Positions 1 through 20,200 of a stretch of DNA of 64,000 nucleotides are shown piece by piece. The notes under the pieces are model-generated. The model made no database searches and was not told the origin of the DNA. It saw nothing but the letters and a program-made list of their open reading frames with translations. The position numbers were made by a program, and so were the translations under genes. How positions within the stretch are numbered: the stretch's first letter is position 1; every line of letters begins with the position of its first letter. The stretch comes from Pocillopora damicornis (lineage: Eukaryota), in contig NW_020845389.1 in NCBI RefSeq assembly GCF_003704095.1, positions 372,001 to 436,000 of the forward strand. Reading direction: 5' to 3'.

Positions 1-1
1 G

Positions 2-127
2 TTCCCTCGTTTGGCTTACATGAAAAATCAGTATGCATTTAATCAGAAAAGACACCAAGTACCGGTGTCGCGATTCAATAATCCACGACGATTTGGACTG
101 AAGAAGAAACGAAACACCATTCACTAA
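2..127 (+). other. possible 3' coding end of an upstream gene (FPRLAYMKNQYAFNQKRHQVPVSRFNNPRRFGLKKKRNTIH*)
   Basis: Open frame from the window edge to TAA at 125-127, with an AATAAA near 696. I recognise no homology. Confidence 0.2.
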
Positions 128-2150
128 CAGACATTGAGTGCTGGCTTGTCTATAATAGGCCTCGATGGTTATGCTCGACGATGGCTTTGGCTGAGAGAAC
201 AAAGATCTAGAGAAAGAGAAAGGTTCCTGGACAGGAGAGGTGCAAAGTTGACTGAAAAGATCGTAGAGGTCTTGTACAATGACTTTATATGCGGATACAA
301 ACCTTGTCTACTGAGACTGGTTTCTAGGGATAAGACATATCTGGGGATACAGCATGTTGACAATTTCCTATTGCAATTTTGAATTATAGCATTATTACAT
401 ATTAGAATTATTTAACACTAGCCATACATATATTGCACTATAAAGCGTTACCAAAGGATATAGGCTTTATCATGTACATATCGCTTTATATATTATTACT
501 TCAGCACATAACATGCCATGCATATATTCCACCAATATTTACATGTTTCCTCGTGTACATACTAAATACTACTTTAAGTACTATCGTTGGTTTGCAGCAA
601 ACTGTAATTAAACCTTTACCCAGTGAGTCTGGCTTCTTCCAGTCTGGTTTCTGGTTCAGAAACAGTTAGAACTGACGAGCAACTTGAGGAAAACAAATAA
701 AAATCACACTTTTCAGTAGACTTAGCTATGCTTCACAGACTGTAAATTAATGCACAGAGATAATCAGATAATAAACATGGTATTTTTCAATTGAGATGAG
801 CTGAGTTGTAAATCACATTGATTTCGCACCTGTAATTGATGCTATCTAAGAAAAACTCAAAGTTAAGGTTCCCGATATCTCTAACCTCCTCGTATCTTGG
901 CCCGGTGAAATAATTCGAGATACATACCCAGAGTTTGCGACATCACGTACAAAAATCAGTGGCGGCACACAGATACAACTCTATGGCGTTACCCGTTTGT
1001 GTCAATAACCTCTTTATCAACTGAAATATGTAAAGTTACATGTCTGAACTTATTCTTACGTCTTAAAATTTGCGAAACCTATAAAAAAAGTTTTAGCCCC
1101 GTAAACAAGTTTATCCAGGAGCCTCAATAATCAGTTAACCTTTCCTTGAGGAACGTGGAGTCAAACAATTGACAAAATCATAAGAGCACTTGCCCAATAA
1201 AATAGCAAAAAAGTAAAATTCAGCAAAAGGTGCCCCAGGCCCAAATGAAATAAAGACAGTCCCTAGCTCCAAGTTGAGCTTTCCGCGGGAAAACGCGAAA
1301 AACCAAGTCACGTTTGGATTTCTGTTTTGTATCTCATTGGCTGACAAGATGGCTGCATTTTCCTCGACCAATCACAGAGGGAGTTAAAGCAAAATCAGAG
1401 AAATCCCACATAACTTTCAACCCGTGCAAGCAAACCTCAAATAATTTCAATGATCAGAGATAGAGGACTTTCCTTTAAATTTTTAATTTCAAACTTTGTC
1501 TCTGACAATCACTTGCCAGGCAACAAGAACGAACTCTCTACCTTCCTATAATACAACTATTACTCTAGACATAATGCTCTTACATAGCAACTTGCAAATA
1601 CAAAACATTTTTAAAGTGAAGCATTCTTAGGAAGCCAAAACTCAAAACTAATTAATTTCTCCTAATCAACGAGTGCCATATATTTTAAAAAATCTTATGC
1701 TCTATATTCTCTAAGTTCTTTCAGTTACTCTTGTCGAGAACTGCACTTTAAACTCATACCAGTAAGTTGCTGAGTTTTGGTTAAAAATGCAATTTCTAAC
1801 AATCTCAATCGAAATTTACACATAATACAACATATGGTTCCAACAAAACTCCATTGAGCCGAAAAGGGAGGTAACCAATAACGTCTTAGTCGAGGGCAAA
1901 GCTAAAGGGGGCCTGAGGGTAAGGGATACCCACCCACATAACAGATACAAAGGAAACTTGTTTAACTACTACGCTTTCAAACCATAGTACTTCCAACTAA
2001 AACAAACCTAATCCTAAAGGCAGATGAAAATGACCAAGAACCAAACCATCAAAACAAAAATTGCTGAAAATGGAATAAAACAGATTTAAGAATTTTGATG
2101 TTGATCCTGTGGACGCAGATCCCAACTGTGCTCACATTGTAGCTGGCTCT

Positions 2151-9673
<7,523 letters not shown>

Positions 9674-9815
9674 TTTGAAATAACTGTTTCTTTTGCCCTT
9701 TGCGCTCCGAGGAAAAAAATTATCTATCTCCTCAGTTATCGCCCAGTTTCATAACTATATATGGGGTAATAATAATTGCTCAGATGAATGTTTGTACCGT
9801 TGGAAAGCAAAACTC

Positions 9816-9868
9816 TTCCGGGAAAACTAGTACCATTTGTAGCATGACGTCACCTTCGTGATGATTGG
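9816..9868. promoter_or_regulatory. putative lifeguard proximal promoter motifs: STAT GAS site, CRE and CCAAT box
   Basis: TTCCGGGAA at 9816-9824, TGACGTCA at 9845-9852 and ATTGG at 9864-9868, all 140-200 bp upstream of ATG 9673. Confidence 0.4.
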
Positions 9869-10359
9869 ACAGTGTTGATAAGCAGGGCTGATGGGAAAGT
9901 TAGTTCCAGTCGAGTGACTGAGTATCCAAAGTACTCATGACTTATTCATCAATACACAAGACACGTCTGTGCTATGATTGGCTTTGCTCAAATAATTTCG
10001 TGGTGCGCCTCAATTCACGTGAGGAAACCCGACCGCAGTTAGCTGGTGGATTTCTCTAGGAAGACTGGAATCTTAACTAAGTAACATTTATTAGCACTAT
10101 ATGCCTCATTCAGTGTAATTCCTACCTAGAACAATAGAATAATTTTTCTAAGGACCTAAGGCTAATCTTGTCAAACAGAAGGCATCATGAAACCAACCTC
10201 ATTGCTAGGTCAGCTAGAAATACAACACTGTTAATATTCCTATTGCTACAGTCAAAGAAGTTTGACAGTACTTTTTATTAATTCGCAGTGTATTTAAATG
10301 TTTGAACAATTTTTGGTAACTCTCTGAGAGGAGCTCTACTTCTCAGCGAATTTCTATTC

Positions 10360-13300
10360 CTAAAAGTAATCGATATGGTAACGGCCAGGGTTAATTTTCA
10401 ACAGATTAGCGAGACTCTCCTTGCCAACATCGGTGATCTGATTAGAGCTCAAATCCACTGTAGTTACCTTACATGTTTCCGTCTGTAAGGCTTGACATAG
10501 AGTGTCAACACCGACATCAGTGATCTGATTAAGACTAAGATCCAGTGTCTTCACCTTACAAACAGCTTTTTGTAAAGCTTGACACAGACTGACAACTCCG
10601 GCATCAGTGATCTGATTGAAACTCAAATTGAGTGTGGTTATGCCACATGTTTCTGTCTGTAATGCGTGACACAGACTGACAACACCAGCATCTGTGATCT
10701 GATTACCACTTAGAACCAGTTTTGGTAATTTACTTGTTGCGGTCTGCAGTACCTGACATAGACTAGAAACACCGTCATCAGTGATCTGATTACCACTCAG
10801 ATCCAGCGAAATTGCTCTGCATGTTGCTTTCTGCTGCTCACAGATTGAATTATTCCTGCCCGACTCTCCTTCTGCATTCAATTTACTCATAATATCCAAA
10901 AGAAAAGATACTGTAGTGCAACCCGTATCAGTCACATTCCTGAAAACAATTGTGCCTTTGCGATCACAGAATTCATGGAAGCGCTTCTTTATGACACTTT
11001 TGGCAAACTCTTTGTCTTCGTACTCCATCAGACAATAAGCTGTTAGAAGCTTCCTCCTGAAAAAGTATTCAGTGCTGAATCCATTAAGTATTTGTTCCAT
11101 AAGTGTGTGGTCTTTCTGCTTTGACAGAATACCGGACATGTATTGTAGTACCACTGATGAAACATTTCCAGGAGGAATCTCTTTCCTCTTTACAAACCAA
11201 CGAGCCGCTAGGTACTCTTGGAGAGTCAGGTGGGTGAAGCAAAAATATTTCGTCGTTTCAGAAAAAGATTTTCTGAAAGGAGGACCGCAATGAAGAAGAC
11301 CACTTGCGCTCAAACTTTCAACTTCCTCTAGACCAAACATTTTCACATCCTCTTTGGCGAATAGAAACTTCTTCTCCAGGAGCAATAGGGCAGCAAGCTC
11401 TGATAGTTTATCCAAAGTTTCCTCGTGAGACAGTCCCTTCTTTTTGTTGTGCTTTCTCACAAACATGTTTACCACTTCATAGTAAAGGTCACTTGTTTTC
11501 ACAGGAAGGGTATCACTGCTCGTTGATTCCGTTAGAATGTACTCAAAGTAGGAACACATCAGGAAACAAAGCACAGGAATGTGGGCAAAGCTGACAAGAT
11601 TGGCGTTCTTTGTCATGTGGTCCAGTACTGTGTTTTTCAATCGCTCGTTTCCCCTGAAATACTTCTCAATATATTCCTTCACCTGCGGTTCAAAAAATCC
11701 TGTAATTTCAACGTATCGATCAAAGTCAATTTCATCTTTTATTTTGTCAGATTCCTCGGGTCTTGACGTTACCATGACAACAGAACCTCTCAAGATTCTT
11801 CCTTTGATGAGTTTGGCACACAGTGCGGCTACTGGCATCTTCTCTCGGGCGTTGTTTGGAAATTCCTCATCCAAATCGCTAGCGATGAAATCTTGCTTTG
11901 AATACTCGTCATACCCGTCGATGACGATCAAAACTTCTGCCGGATGACCAACCATGTACTCAAACAAAGAATCGTCAATATTTGAGTGGTCATCTAACAC
12001 TGACGATCGGTTCAGGACTCCTCTCAAGTTGACAGGAGTGTCTTTAAGTAAATCCAGCTGACGAAAGGTCAGTAAGTATGCGAACTTTAAGTCGGGAATG
12101 TTTGTTCCCGAGGGAAACTGAAATAATTTGCCGTCGGCCCAATCTCGTATCAACTTCTGACAAAAGAGAGTTTTACCGATGCCTGCCTTTCCAGTGAGGA
12201 GAATGGATTGAGGATTCTTCTCATTGCCATCGGTTGAAGTGAATATTTCTTGGCAATGCTTGACTGGTTTTCCTCTTATTTGACCGTATTGGCGAAGATG
12301 CTTCTTTCTTTCCATGTTATGGTCTTCAACGGGTTTTCTTCCATGTTGAATGAGAATATTTGTGAAAATGTCATCTGTTTTCACATTTTTCTTGGTTTGA
12401 GAAGCGAGACGGCAGAACTCAGTTTGGCTTATTATTGATTCCTTCAATGCGTTCGTATATGCCGTTACAGCTGAAAAGAGAATCCAGAGCCTGTCTTAAC
12501 TTTGATTAACAAATTATTTTAGTACATTAAATGGCTTTTACCTTAAAGTGACGGTGTTAACATTTGTATTCCGACCGTCCAGGTGAGAGTAGTCCATCCA
12601 AGTTACTTGACCCTGGTGATAACTTCCGTTAAGATTGTGAAGACGTCACTCATTGCTTCTGACAACAATCCCTACCAAGACTACTCTCACCGGGACGATC
12701 AGATTACACCTTCTTAAGTATTAATTGGAGTAGTATTGGATATTAGATATTGAATCATTTGTTCACTCTTCTCTTTTACGTGAAGAATGGCTTCTCGCAC
12801 ACAGGGTTTAAATTTATCGAAATGTTTACCCAGTCTGAAACTCTTCTGACTCCTGACAAAGTAGAGGAAGCCCAAAATTTGAGGCCATGTATCTCTTTGA
12901 TTTGTGTTGTTACGTTCCCTTAAAAGAAAACGTCGTCAGTTTAGAGGCGACTTGGTTCATCGGCGAAGGCTTCCTTTCATTGACAGGCAGAAGAGAGAAG
13001 AAAAAGTGCCCCACCTCCTGTAACCTTTTGCAAAGGTTTGAATTTGACAAGTGTTTTTGGAACAAAGAAACATCCAGGCCATGTAGTTGATGGAAATTTG
13101 AGTCTATCGATCCTCCCTATGCTCCTTATCTTTACTACAAAAATCATATCTTTTCGCATACCTTCAGCTCCTATTTCCCTTTTGGCATTCGCCATGGCCT
13201 CCTTTAATTCGTCCAACTTCCTATCAAACTCGCCGAACTCTTTCATCATTTTATCCAGTTTTTCAGTCATGCTGGCCTCATCTTTAACCCACTGTTCAAG

Positions 13301-13876
13301 GAGCTCTTTGTAGTGTTCCTCAAAATCACTGTCAATACATTGACTTTTCAAGTCATCGATAGCACCTTGGTAACCTTCCCCTCCAGTTCTCACTAGTGCA
13401 CCCTGGATGTCCTTCCAGTACTGATTGAACGTTGCGTCGTCAATCGAGGCCTCGCTAGCATGACTATGAACGGTGTTTCTATAGCACTTGATGCGAACGA
13501 TATCTGCCTCGAGGGATGTGTCATCTGGTGGAGGAAGTGTATCCCAGCCAGTAGCCGGAGGATTAAGACCACAAAGATTCCGCAGCAGAACCATCAGGGT
13601 ACTGATATCAAAATGCTGTGATGAAACTGAAGATTTGACGGCGGGATACAGTTTTTGCCATTGCAAACAACTAAGGACTTTCTTCTTTCGAAGTATTTGC
13701 AGAACGGAATGCACTGAAGGACTTGACAAAACTGTGTCCAAATTTCCTGGTGGACGCTTCTCGTCGAATATCTTTCTTAAGACATGTGATCCGACATCCA
13801 CCAGAAGCCTGCACAGCCGAGCATAATTAGTTGTCTCTTTCGAGGAATGAAACGACTGTTCCATTGCAGAGGCCAT
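10360..13876 (-). CDS. NLR-family protein: DZIP3-like HEPN domain, coiled coil, NACHT and 5 LRRs; 2 coding exons, 941 aa
   Basis: Exons 13876-13162 (donor G|gtatgc) and 12470-10360 (acceptor ttttcag) join in frame over 2826 nt. HEPN: NYARLCRLLVDVG, FDISTLMVLLRN, PPATGWD, RIKCYRNTVHSH. NACHT: Walker A GKAGIGKT, Walker B IVIDGYDE, VTSRP, FTHLTLQEYLAA. LRR: LSxNQITDxGV. Confidence 0.92.
10400..10810 (-). repeat. 87-bp coding tandem repeat (five 29-aa RI-like LRRs)
   Basis: GTGATCTGATT recurs at 10433, 10520, 10607, 10694 and 10781, an exact 87-bp period. Confidence 0.92.
12578..12712 (+). mobile_element. degenerate Penelope-like terminal-repeat fragment in the NLR intron
   Basis: ccctggtgataacttccgttaagattgtgaagacgtc resembles a decayed CTGAnGA...GAAACGTC hammerhead. 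It is flanked by the inverted ggtgagagtagtc/gactactctcacc. Confidence 0.4.
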
Positions 13877-16800
13877 CAAATAAGACTGGTTTCTAATATA
13901 AATAGAGAAGAGATTTAAAAAACAGTACTTACATTGCCTCCCACTTCATATCGCATGAGAAAGGTTTCACCTTTTTGAAGGTCAAGAGCAAACTACGCTA
14001 CATTTCGAGTTCGCTACATGTACGCTACATTGAACATCGAGTTCGCTACTCGCGTGACACACGTACCACAATCTCTCCGGGAACAACATGAATAACGGCC
14101 CTCACTGAATAATGTCTCATAATTTTATCTATGAACTAAATCTATACCTGGAATAAGAGTAAGTGGAGCGAGCGAAAGTGAAGCGAACTTGAACGTAGAG
14201 AACTCAGCGAACTGTAACCGGCGTAAATTATTTTGATTTGTTCTTACTTAAGAGGACAGACACATAGATGGCGTCACCATTAGCAAATGCTTGCTTTTAT
14301 ATCGCATAATTTAAAACAAACAGATTTTATGTTGTTGTGGGTCGTACAGTAATACACCTTAGAAAAAAATTAAAAATTACTTCAGTGCAAACTCTATCCC
14401 TAAGAATAGTTTGTATCCTTGTTTGATTACTAGTCAGCAGTTAGTTATACCAGCCGTGCAAACTTTGAAAGAGTGCTATCAGTTTGTTTTGGGTCAGAGC
14501 GGGTGTGTTTGAACCATGTCAAAATAATTTATTATGAGACTCAGTTTGACTCAGTGCACATCAGTAGCAGCACGACGACCGAACAAAAAATTATTTCAGC
14601 TCATTGTGTAAAAATCCTTATAAAAATGTTTTCTTTCGTTTTCTTCATCACATCTTCTAGCGTTACTTAAGTAATCGAAAACATAATCTGATAGAACTCA
14701 TATGTTAACCGATGGAAATTTGAGATGATTCGGACTGTTTTCAACTAAGAACCAAATATTGCAACTGTTTTCAATGTCATAGAAAGAAAAACAAATTAAA
14801 GCATAAATCACATCAGACAAGTCTTCACGTTTGTGTCCACAGGTTTACAACGACAAATTGGTCCAAAATATTTTAGGACTATACTGTCGCGAAAGACTGT
14901 ATTCAAGTCGTAACTCTGGTTATTTTCTTCTCCGAAAGCAAAAATTAGGAGGCAGACTCACAATTAATTAATACTACACAGTTACAAGAGGAAAATTCAT
15001 CGAAGCCTTTTTAGGAAGATTTAGGAGTAAAAGGTAACGCTATAAATGTATGGGCCACGAATCCTACCTCAAAGCTGCCTCTCAACGAAAAATGCTCGTC
15101 TGCGCGACAGGGAAAGATCGATGGTCTCAGTAGCGTGTAAACACTGGCTAATATTCCTCAGTTGTGATCTGTTTCATTGATCTCAGAAAACACTCTGACA
15201 ACCAATTCGATAACAGTTGATTTTTAAAATTTGGTCATCTCTCCCTGAAGTAAACTAATAAGCTTAAGTAGGCAGAGTTCATAACCAAATAAAACAAAGT
15301 CGGTATGAATTATTTATTCCGCTTTCGAAAGCTCAACCCTTTTCGCTCTATAAATAGCCTCTGTCATCATCATTTGAATATTCATATACCTCATCGTTAG
15401 CAGAATAGAAAATGCATCAAACTGGTTTTCTATATTTCGAGTGCAACATTGAACCGATCTAATCTTAGGTCAAAGTAGCCCTTCTCAGAATTTTTAAACT
15501 ATAGAAGTGATGTAAAATAAAAAAAGAATACGTGTATCTATGCTTGACTAGATATGCATCTTCTGGCATTGATCGACCTGAAAATTGATCTATTACCTTT
15601 CACTTGCATGGTCCGTTCTTGGATCACGAAATCTGGCCTGGATTTACTAAGACGGACCCTTTTACTAGAGGAAAGAAAATCGGGTTGTTAGGCAAAGTTA
15701 CGTAGGGTAGAAATATCTATCGCTGCCTTGATACAGTTAGGGGTTTTCCAATTTGTTTACATGCTGTTGCATTTTCTAATATCACTTTCGAAAACCCTAA
15801 ACTCCCTCAGGCTCCGCAAACTGATGCTAAATGGGTGACTGAATCAACATAAAAATATATGGACACACATGGACACGTGGTTATGCCAGTTTAATTTCTT
15901 CGCCAAGATATAAACGCTCTAAGTTACACTTCACTTTTGCATCTCAATAACAGAATGTGACTTCCGATTCGTTCACAGCTTAATTCTAGAAATTTCTCTG
16001 CCGTGGCCTGAAACAGAAAATCACCAATACAAACATATTTTGATGTCAAATGACGTAAACAGAATTATAAAGGCGTAGCATTTCCGTTTCGAAACCCTTA
16101 CGTTCGCCCCTTCCTTTAAAAACGGTCCACGTCACTAAATGACCCACACATCAGGTAATTACCCATCTGACTCAAGATAAAAAAAAATCGCTGATTTACA
16201 ATGATGAACAACAAAAAGAATCAGTCCTTCCGTTGTTGAAGATTTTGTCAATTTCTATACCCTAAATTTTAGTGCTACATTATCATTGGGCAGAATGCTT
16301 ATCGTTCTCGCGACATCTACTTGAAGTGGCGAAAATATTATAGATCTGTAATATTTGCGGCGTAGCGTAACCAGGAAGGCTCTCGTTGGTCGAGGATTGC
16401 GCGCGCTTTCCTCTGAGGGGAATACTGCCTTAGCTCATTAACTCGTCAAGGTGGAACTAAGAAACGAAGGCCTCTAACTTATTGTTCTGATATCACACTC
16501 AGCGCGCGCATACTTGAACCTGGCTATTCCATGCGTTGGATCTGTAATGGCCATATGCGTTCGATTTTTACTGTAGAAAATTAGTTGTTTATATCTCGCT
16601 AAAACTTAATCAACACACATTTCGCTTCATATCAAGTCCACGACAGTTTGATAAACAGCGGGTTTTTTCTATTATTTTCCGCCTAGGATGCGATTGTCAG
16701 TCATCGAAAAATTACTTTTATCGTAAATGAAGGACAAAGTTTCCGAATCGCTCTAACGTAAGTGTTTTTGAATCGAAAAGGGAAAAAGCTAACAAAGCAG

Positions 16801-17228
16801 AACACACGAACAAATTCGCTATTTTAGGACCACAGTTTCTAGTTATGATTACGAGCCAAAACGTGGAACGCGTCGAACATGAGTAGTAGTCGACGAAGAT
16901 CAATTCAAATGTCTCATTTTCGGTCCGAGTTATTTGGACTTAAAGTAGTCTGTTCTTGGCTGGTCTAAGTTGATCCCCTATACCCACTTAACTATTTCCC
17001 TCACCATCCACCGAGCCACGAAAAAAATAATGAGAACGACAATTCCTGTCTATCAAAGAGGCTAACCCATTAAGCAAACTTTTACTAGAAAAAGACTCAC
17101 CAGATAGTTTAAAAAAAGGGAAAAAAAAAGATAACCTTGGATTTGTTTAATATGTGCTTTCCTAGAAGGAAAATACATCAAAAAGGTGATTGACTATTGG
17201 AGGAAAAGGGGTTTTCCCAAATTAGTTA

Positions 17229-20200
17229 CTACGGATCGTCACCAAAATGTTGTTGCACATGATCCTCGAAATTTCTCTGACCATAACTTTCAGGAAAAAA
17301 CTTTTCACACATTGGACATATTTTGCCGACTACAGGAGTTGCACCAATGAAATCCTCCTCATCGATAATTTCAATATCACTCTCTCCAGTCCCCGTGTTC
17401 TCGGCCAAAAATGTTCCCATGGGAACTGCCCTTCCTTCGGCTCCATCCGAAGAAGCCCTCGAGATCGGAGATAAATATTTTTCTTTACTCAACCTTCGAC
17501 CAAAGCCAGTAGCTCCAATTTCATCTTGATCATTAAGTCGGTGGTATTCTGATGCTTCTTGTACGGCTTGAACGGGAACGCTTAGAGGGGCATCTTCAGC
17601 GACTAACCGTTCGAAATTTCCCACTTGTTCGAATCGATGCCTTTCGGTAAATGTCATCTCTCCCTCCTGTGGCCATCTAGTGCGGGTTTCTGTTGAATAT
17701 TCCGAAGATTCAGCTCCAGCTGGCCTGGCTTGCGAAGTTTTGATTAATTTCATGAAATCTTCAGTTGTTTTTTCAGTAAGCTCTGCCAGTTTTTGCAAGC
17801 TATTATTTTGTGAATTCAAGTGTTCTCGAACTTTTTTCATTTCCAGTACATGTTCTTGGGCTGTAGACAACATGGTCTCTACTCTCTTCTGAAGTACAGC
17901 ATCTGTTTTTGTTGGCAAGGCTGTTCTTTTTGTAGAGGCTTCTTCTGGTTTTGAAGCTTGTGGACATAAAGGAAAATAAACAAACTTTAGACAAAGAATA
18001 TATCGTAAATATCGCTCCCTTGCTTTGCCCTATTAAATTGAATAAATGTAAACTTATTTTATCAGAAAAGTCTGAGTGAAAGAGAGACTGGATGAAGTCA
18101 AAGTCTAGCAAAGCTGCCGACTAAGTCGACTAGAACCACAATTCGAAATGCTGAGGTGAGACCCTGAACAAACACAAAACCAAAAATGAATCCGGAGAAA
18201 CCCCATCAGATTCTTTCAATGATGGCTAGAGTCGGAGTTGAACCAGATTACACGAGTCGAGTAAGAGGAGACAATGATAGTCCGCCATTTTGAAAACCGT
18301 GAGGGGCTTGGGAGAAGGTTTACGGACTTGCAAAACATCGTAGCAAGGCGCTTACGGTCCACAGCAGGCGCAGAAACGCCAAACAAACAAATCTGAACAC
18401 TTGATTGCCACAGAAAGCGCTTTACCACGATCTCTCGTTTTATTCTTCCTATTTTCTTAGATAAGTTTCTGATATAAATACAAACGTAACAACTCTACCT
18501 TCAGTCACTCCGCCGGCTTCTGCTTCCTTCCTCTGTTCCTTGGTTCGTAATTCTTTATTTTGAACCATTACCTCCTTAAATATCTTGTAAAACCGATTCA
18601 GTTCCTGTGCCTGATCTTCAATTTTATGTTTCAATAATATAGCCTCCGCTTCAGCATTTTTCCGTCCTCCATCTGACAGTTCACATCCCCCTGTACGAGA
18701 TACCACTGCTCCTGTTTTGTTCGCGTTATTTCCTCTAGTTCTTCCCTGTATTGTAACAGTTATATATCCTTCCGACTTTTCCTCAATCCACTTTTTGAGA
18801 TTATCCCTATCCACTATGATAATCCATAGCCGGTTATTTTCTTCCTTAACTTCTAAACCCATGGTTTTCAACTCCTCGCCTAAATCTGTATATTTTTTTC
18901 CTTCTTGCTTTTCTTCCTTTCCGGAGGTCGACTCAGACGAAGCACCACCTTTGGCCTAAACAATTGAGTTAATAAAATAAATAAAACCAATGACGAACAG
19001 ACAAGGAGAAAATAAAATATTTTCAATAGAATATCTAGTTCTGCATCGATAGCGAACTAAAACACTTACTTACTTATCGATTACTTTGTCTACAGAGTGA
19101 ATGAGTAAATAACTAGCCAATGTGAAAAATTTTTAGAAGAAGTTTTGAGAAAAATTATGAAAGGTTTTTAAATTGATTTGTCTTCTTATCCGTGGAAACT
19201 AAAATTACAATGCAAGGCTGAGTCTGACAGACCTTCCGACAGACATGCCATCAAAAACTAATGACAGACATGCCATCAGACAGACCTTCTGGCAGAAATG
19301 ATTTCAGACAGACCTCCAGGCAGAGAAACATGAAATTAGACAACCAGATACTCAAGTAGTTACAGAGTGTCAGACAATGTTCAACATACAGAAAATTAGG
19401 CAGACTAAGAGTGACACACAGGTAATCAAAATAGTAACTATGTGATTGGTTATGACTGCCAGAAATGGAACCCTGGCATCAAAATCCAGCAACAAAATCA
19501 AGACAGACAGATGAAGAGAAATTCAAAGAAACAACAGGAACCACACACTCACATAAATTGACTGATGAATGAAAGGATACATGTATAAGTAACCTCTACC
19601 CTCTGTTTCTGAACATAAAGATTGTGATGAAAAAAAAAGGTATTGAAATTACACACCTGCATAGTGTCTCCTTGTGTTTGTTTCTGAGAAAGCTGTAATT
19701 CTTGTATCGTCCTCTTCAATTTTTCATTCTCTCCAAATTTTTCTTCAAAAGCAAGATAGCTGTTATGTAAATGACTCAAGAGAGCATCTCTTTCTTTATA
19801 CACTTGTTCATGAGATCCTTTTCTATCTCTCTGTTTTGATTTTGCTGTTAGCTCAGATACCTTTGCCTCAGCCCCATGTAAACGCTTCTCAACAGTACGA
19901 AATGCTGATGAGGAGATATTTGAGAAAGAAAAATTTTAATCCTTACAAATGTAATAAATTACATTTTGCTGAGGAAACTAAGAGGTTATTAAACAGGGTG
20001 CACTTGTAATGAAGTGAGGTGCATCATTATCATTTGAATTAAAGGAAGCATACATCGATTAAAAACAAAGTTTGAACAGAATGTTAGTGCCACTATCCCA
20101 ATAATAACAATAATTTGATACCCAACTCTGGGAAAACCAACTAACAAAAAGATACAAAGATGAAAAGGATCTCACTGAAAAACTTCCTAAAAACTTATGT

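Noticed and set aside
12977-13161. C-terminal part of the 300-aa ORF, read as a stand-alone HEPN protein
   Set aside because: A canonical donor at 13161 joins in frame to the NACHT exon, so the tail is more simply intron read-through. A short isoform is not excluded.
11072-13826. Several + strand ORFs of 60-120 aa
   Set aside because: They are antisense shadows of the NLR exons with no motifs of their own.
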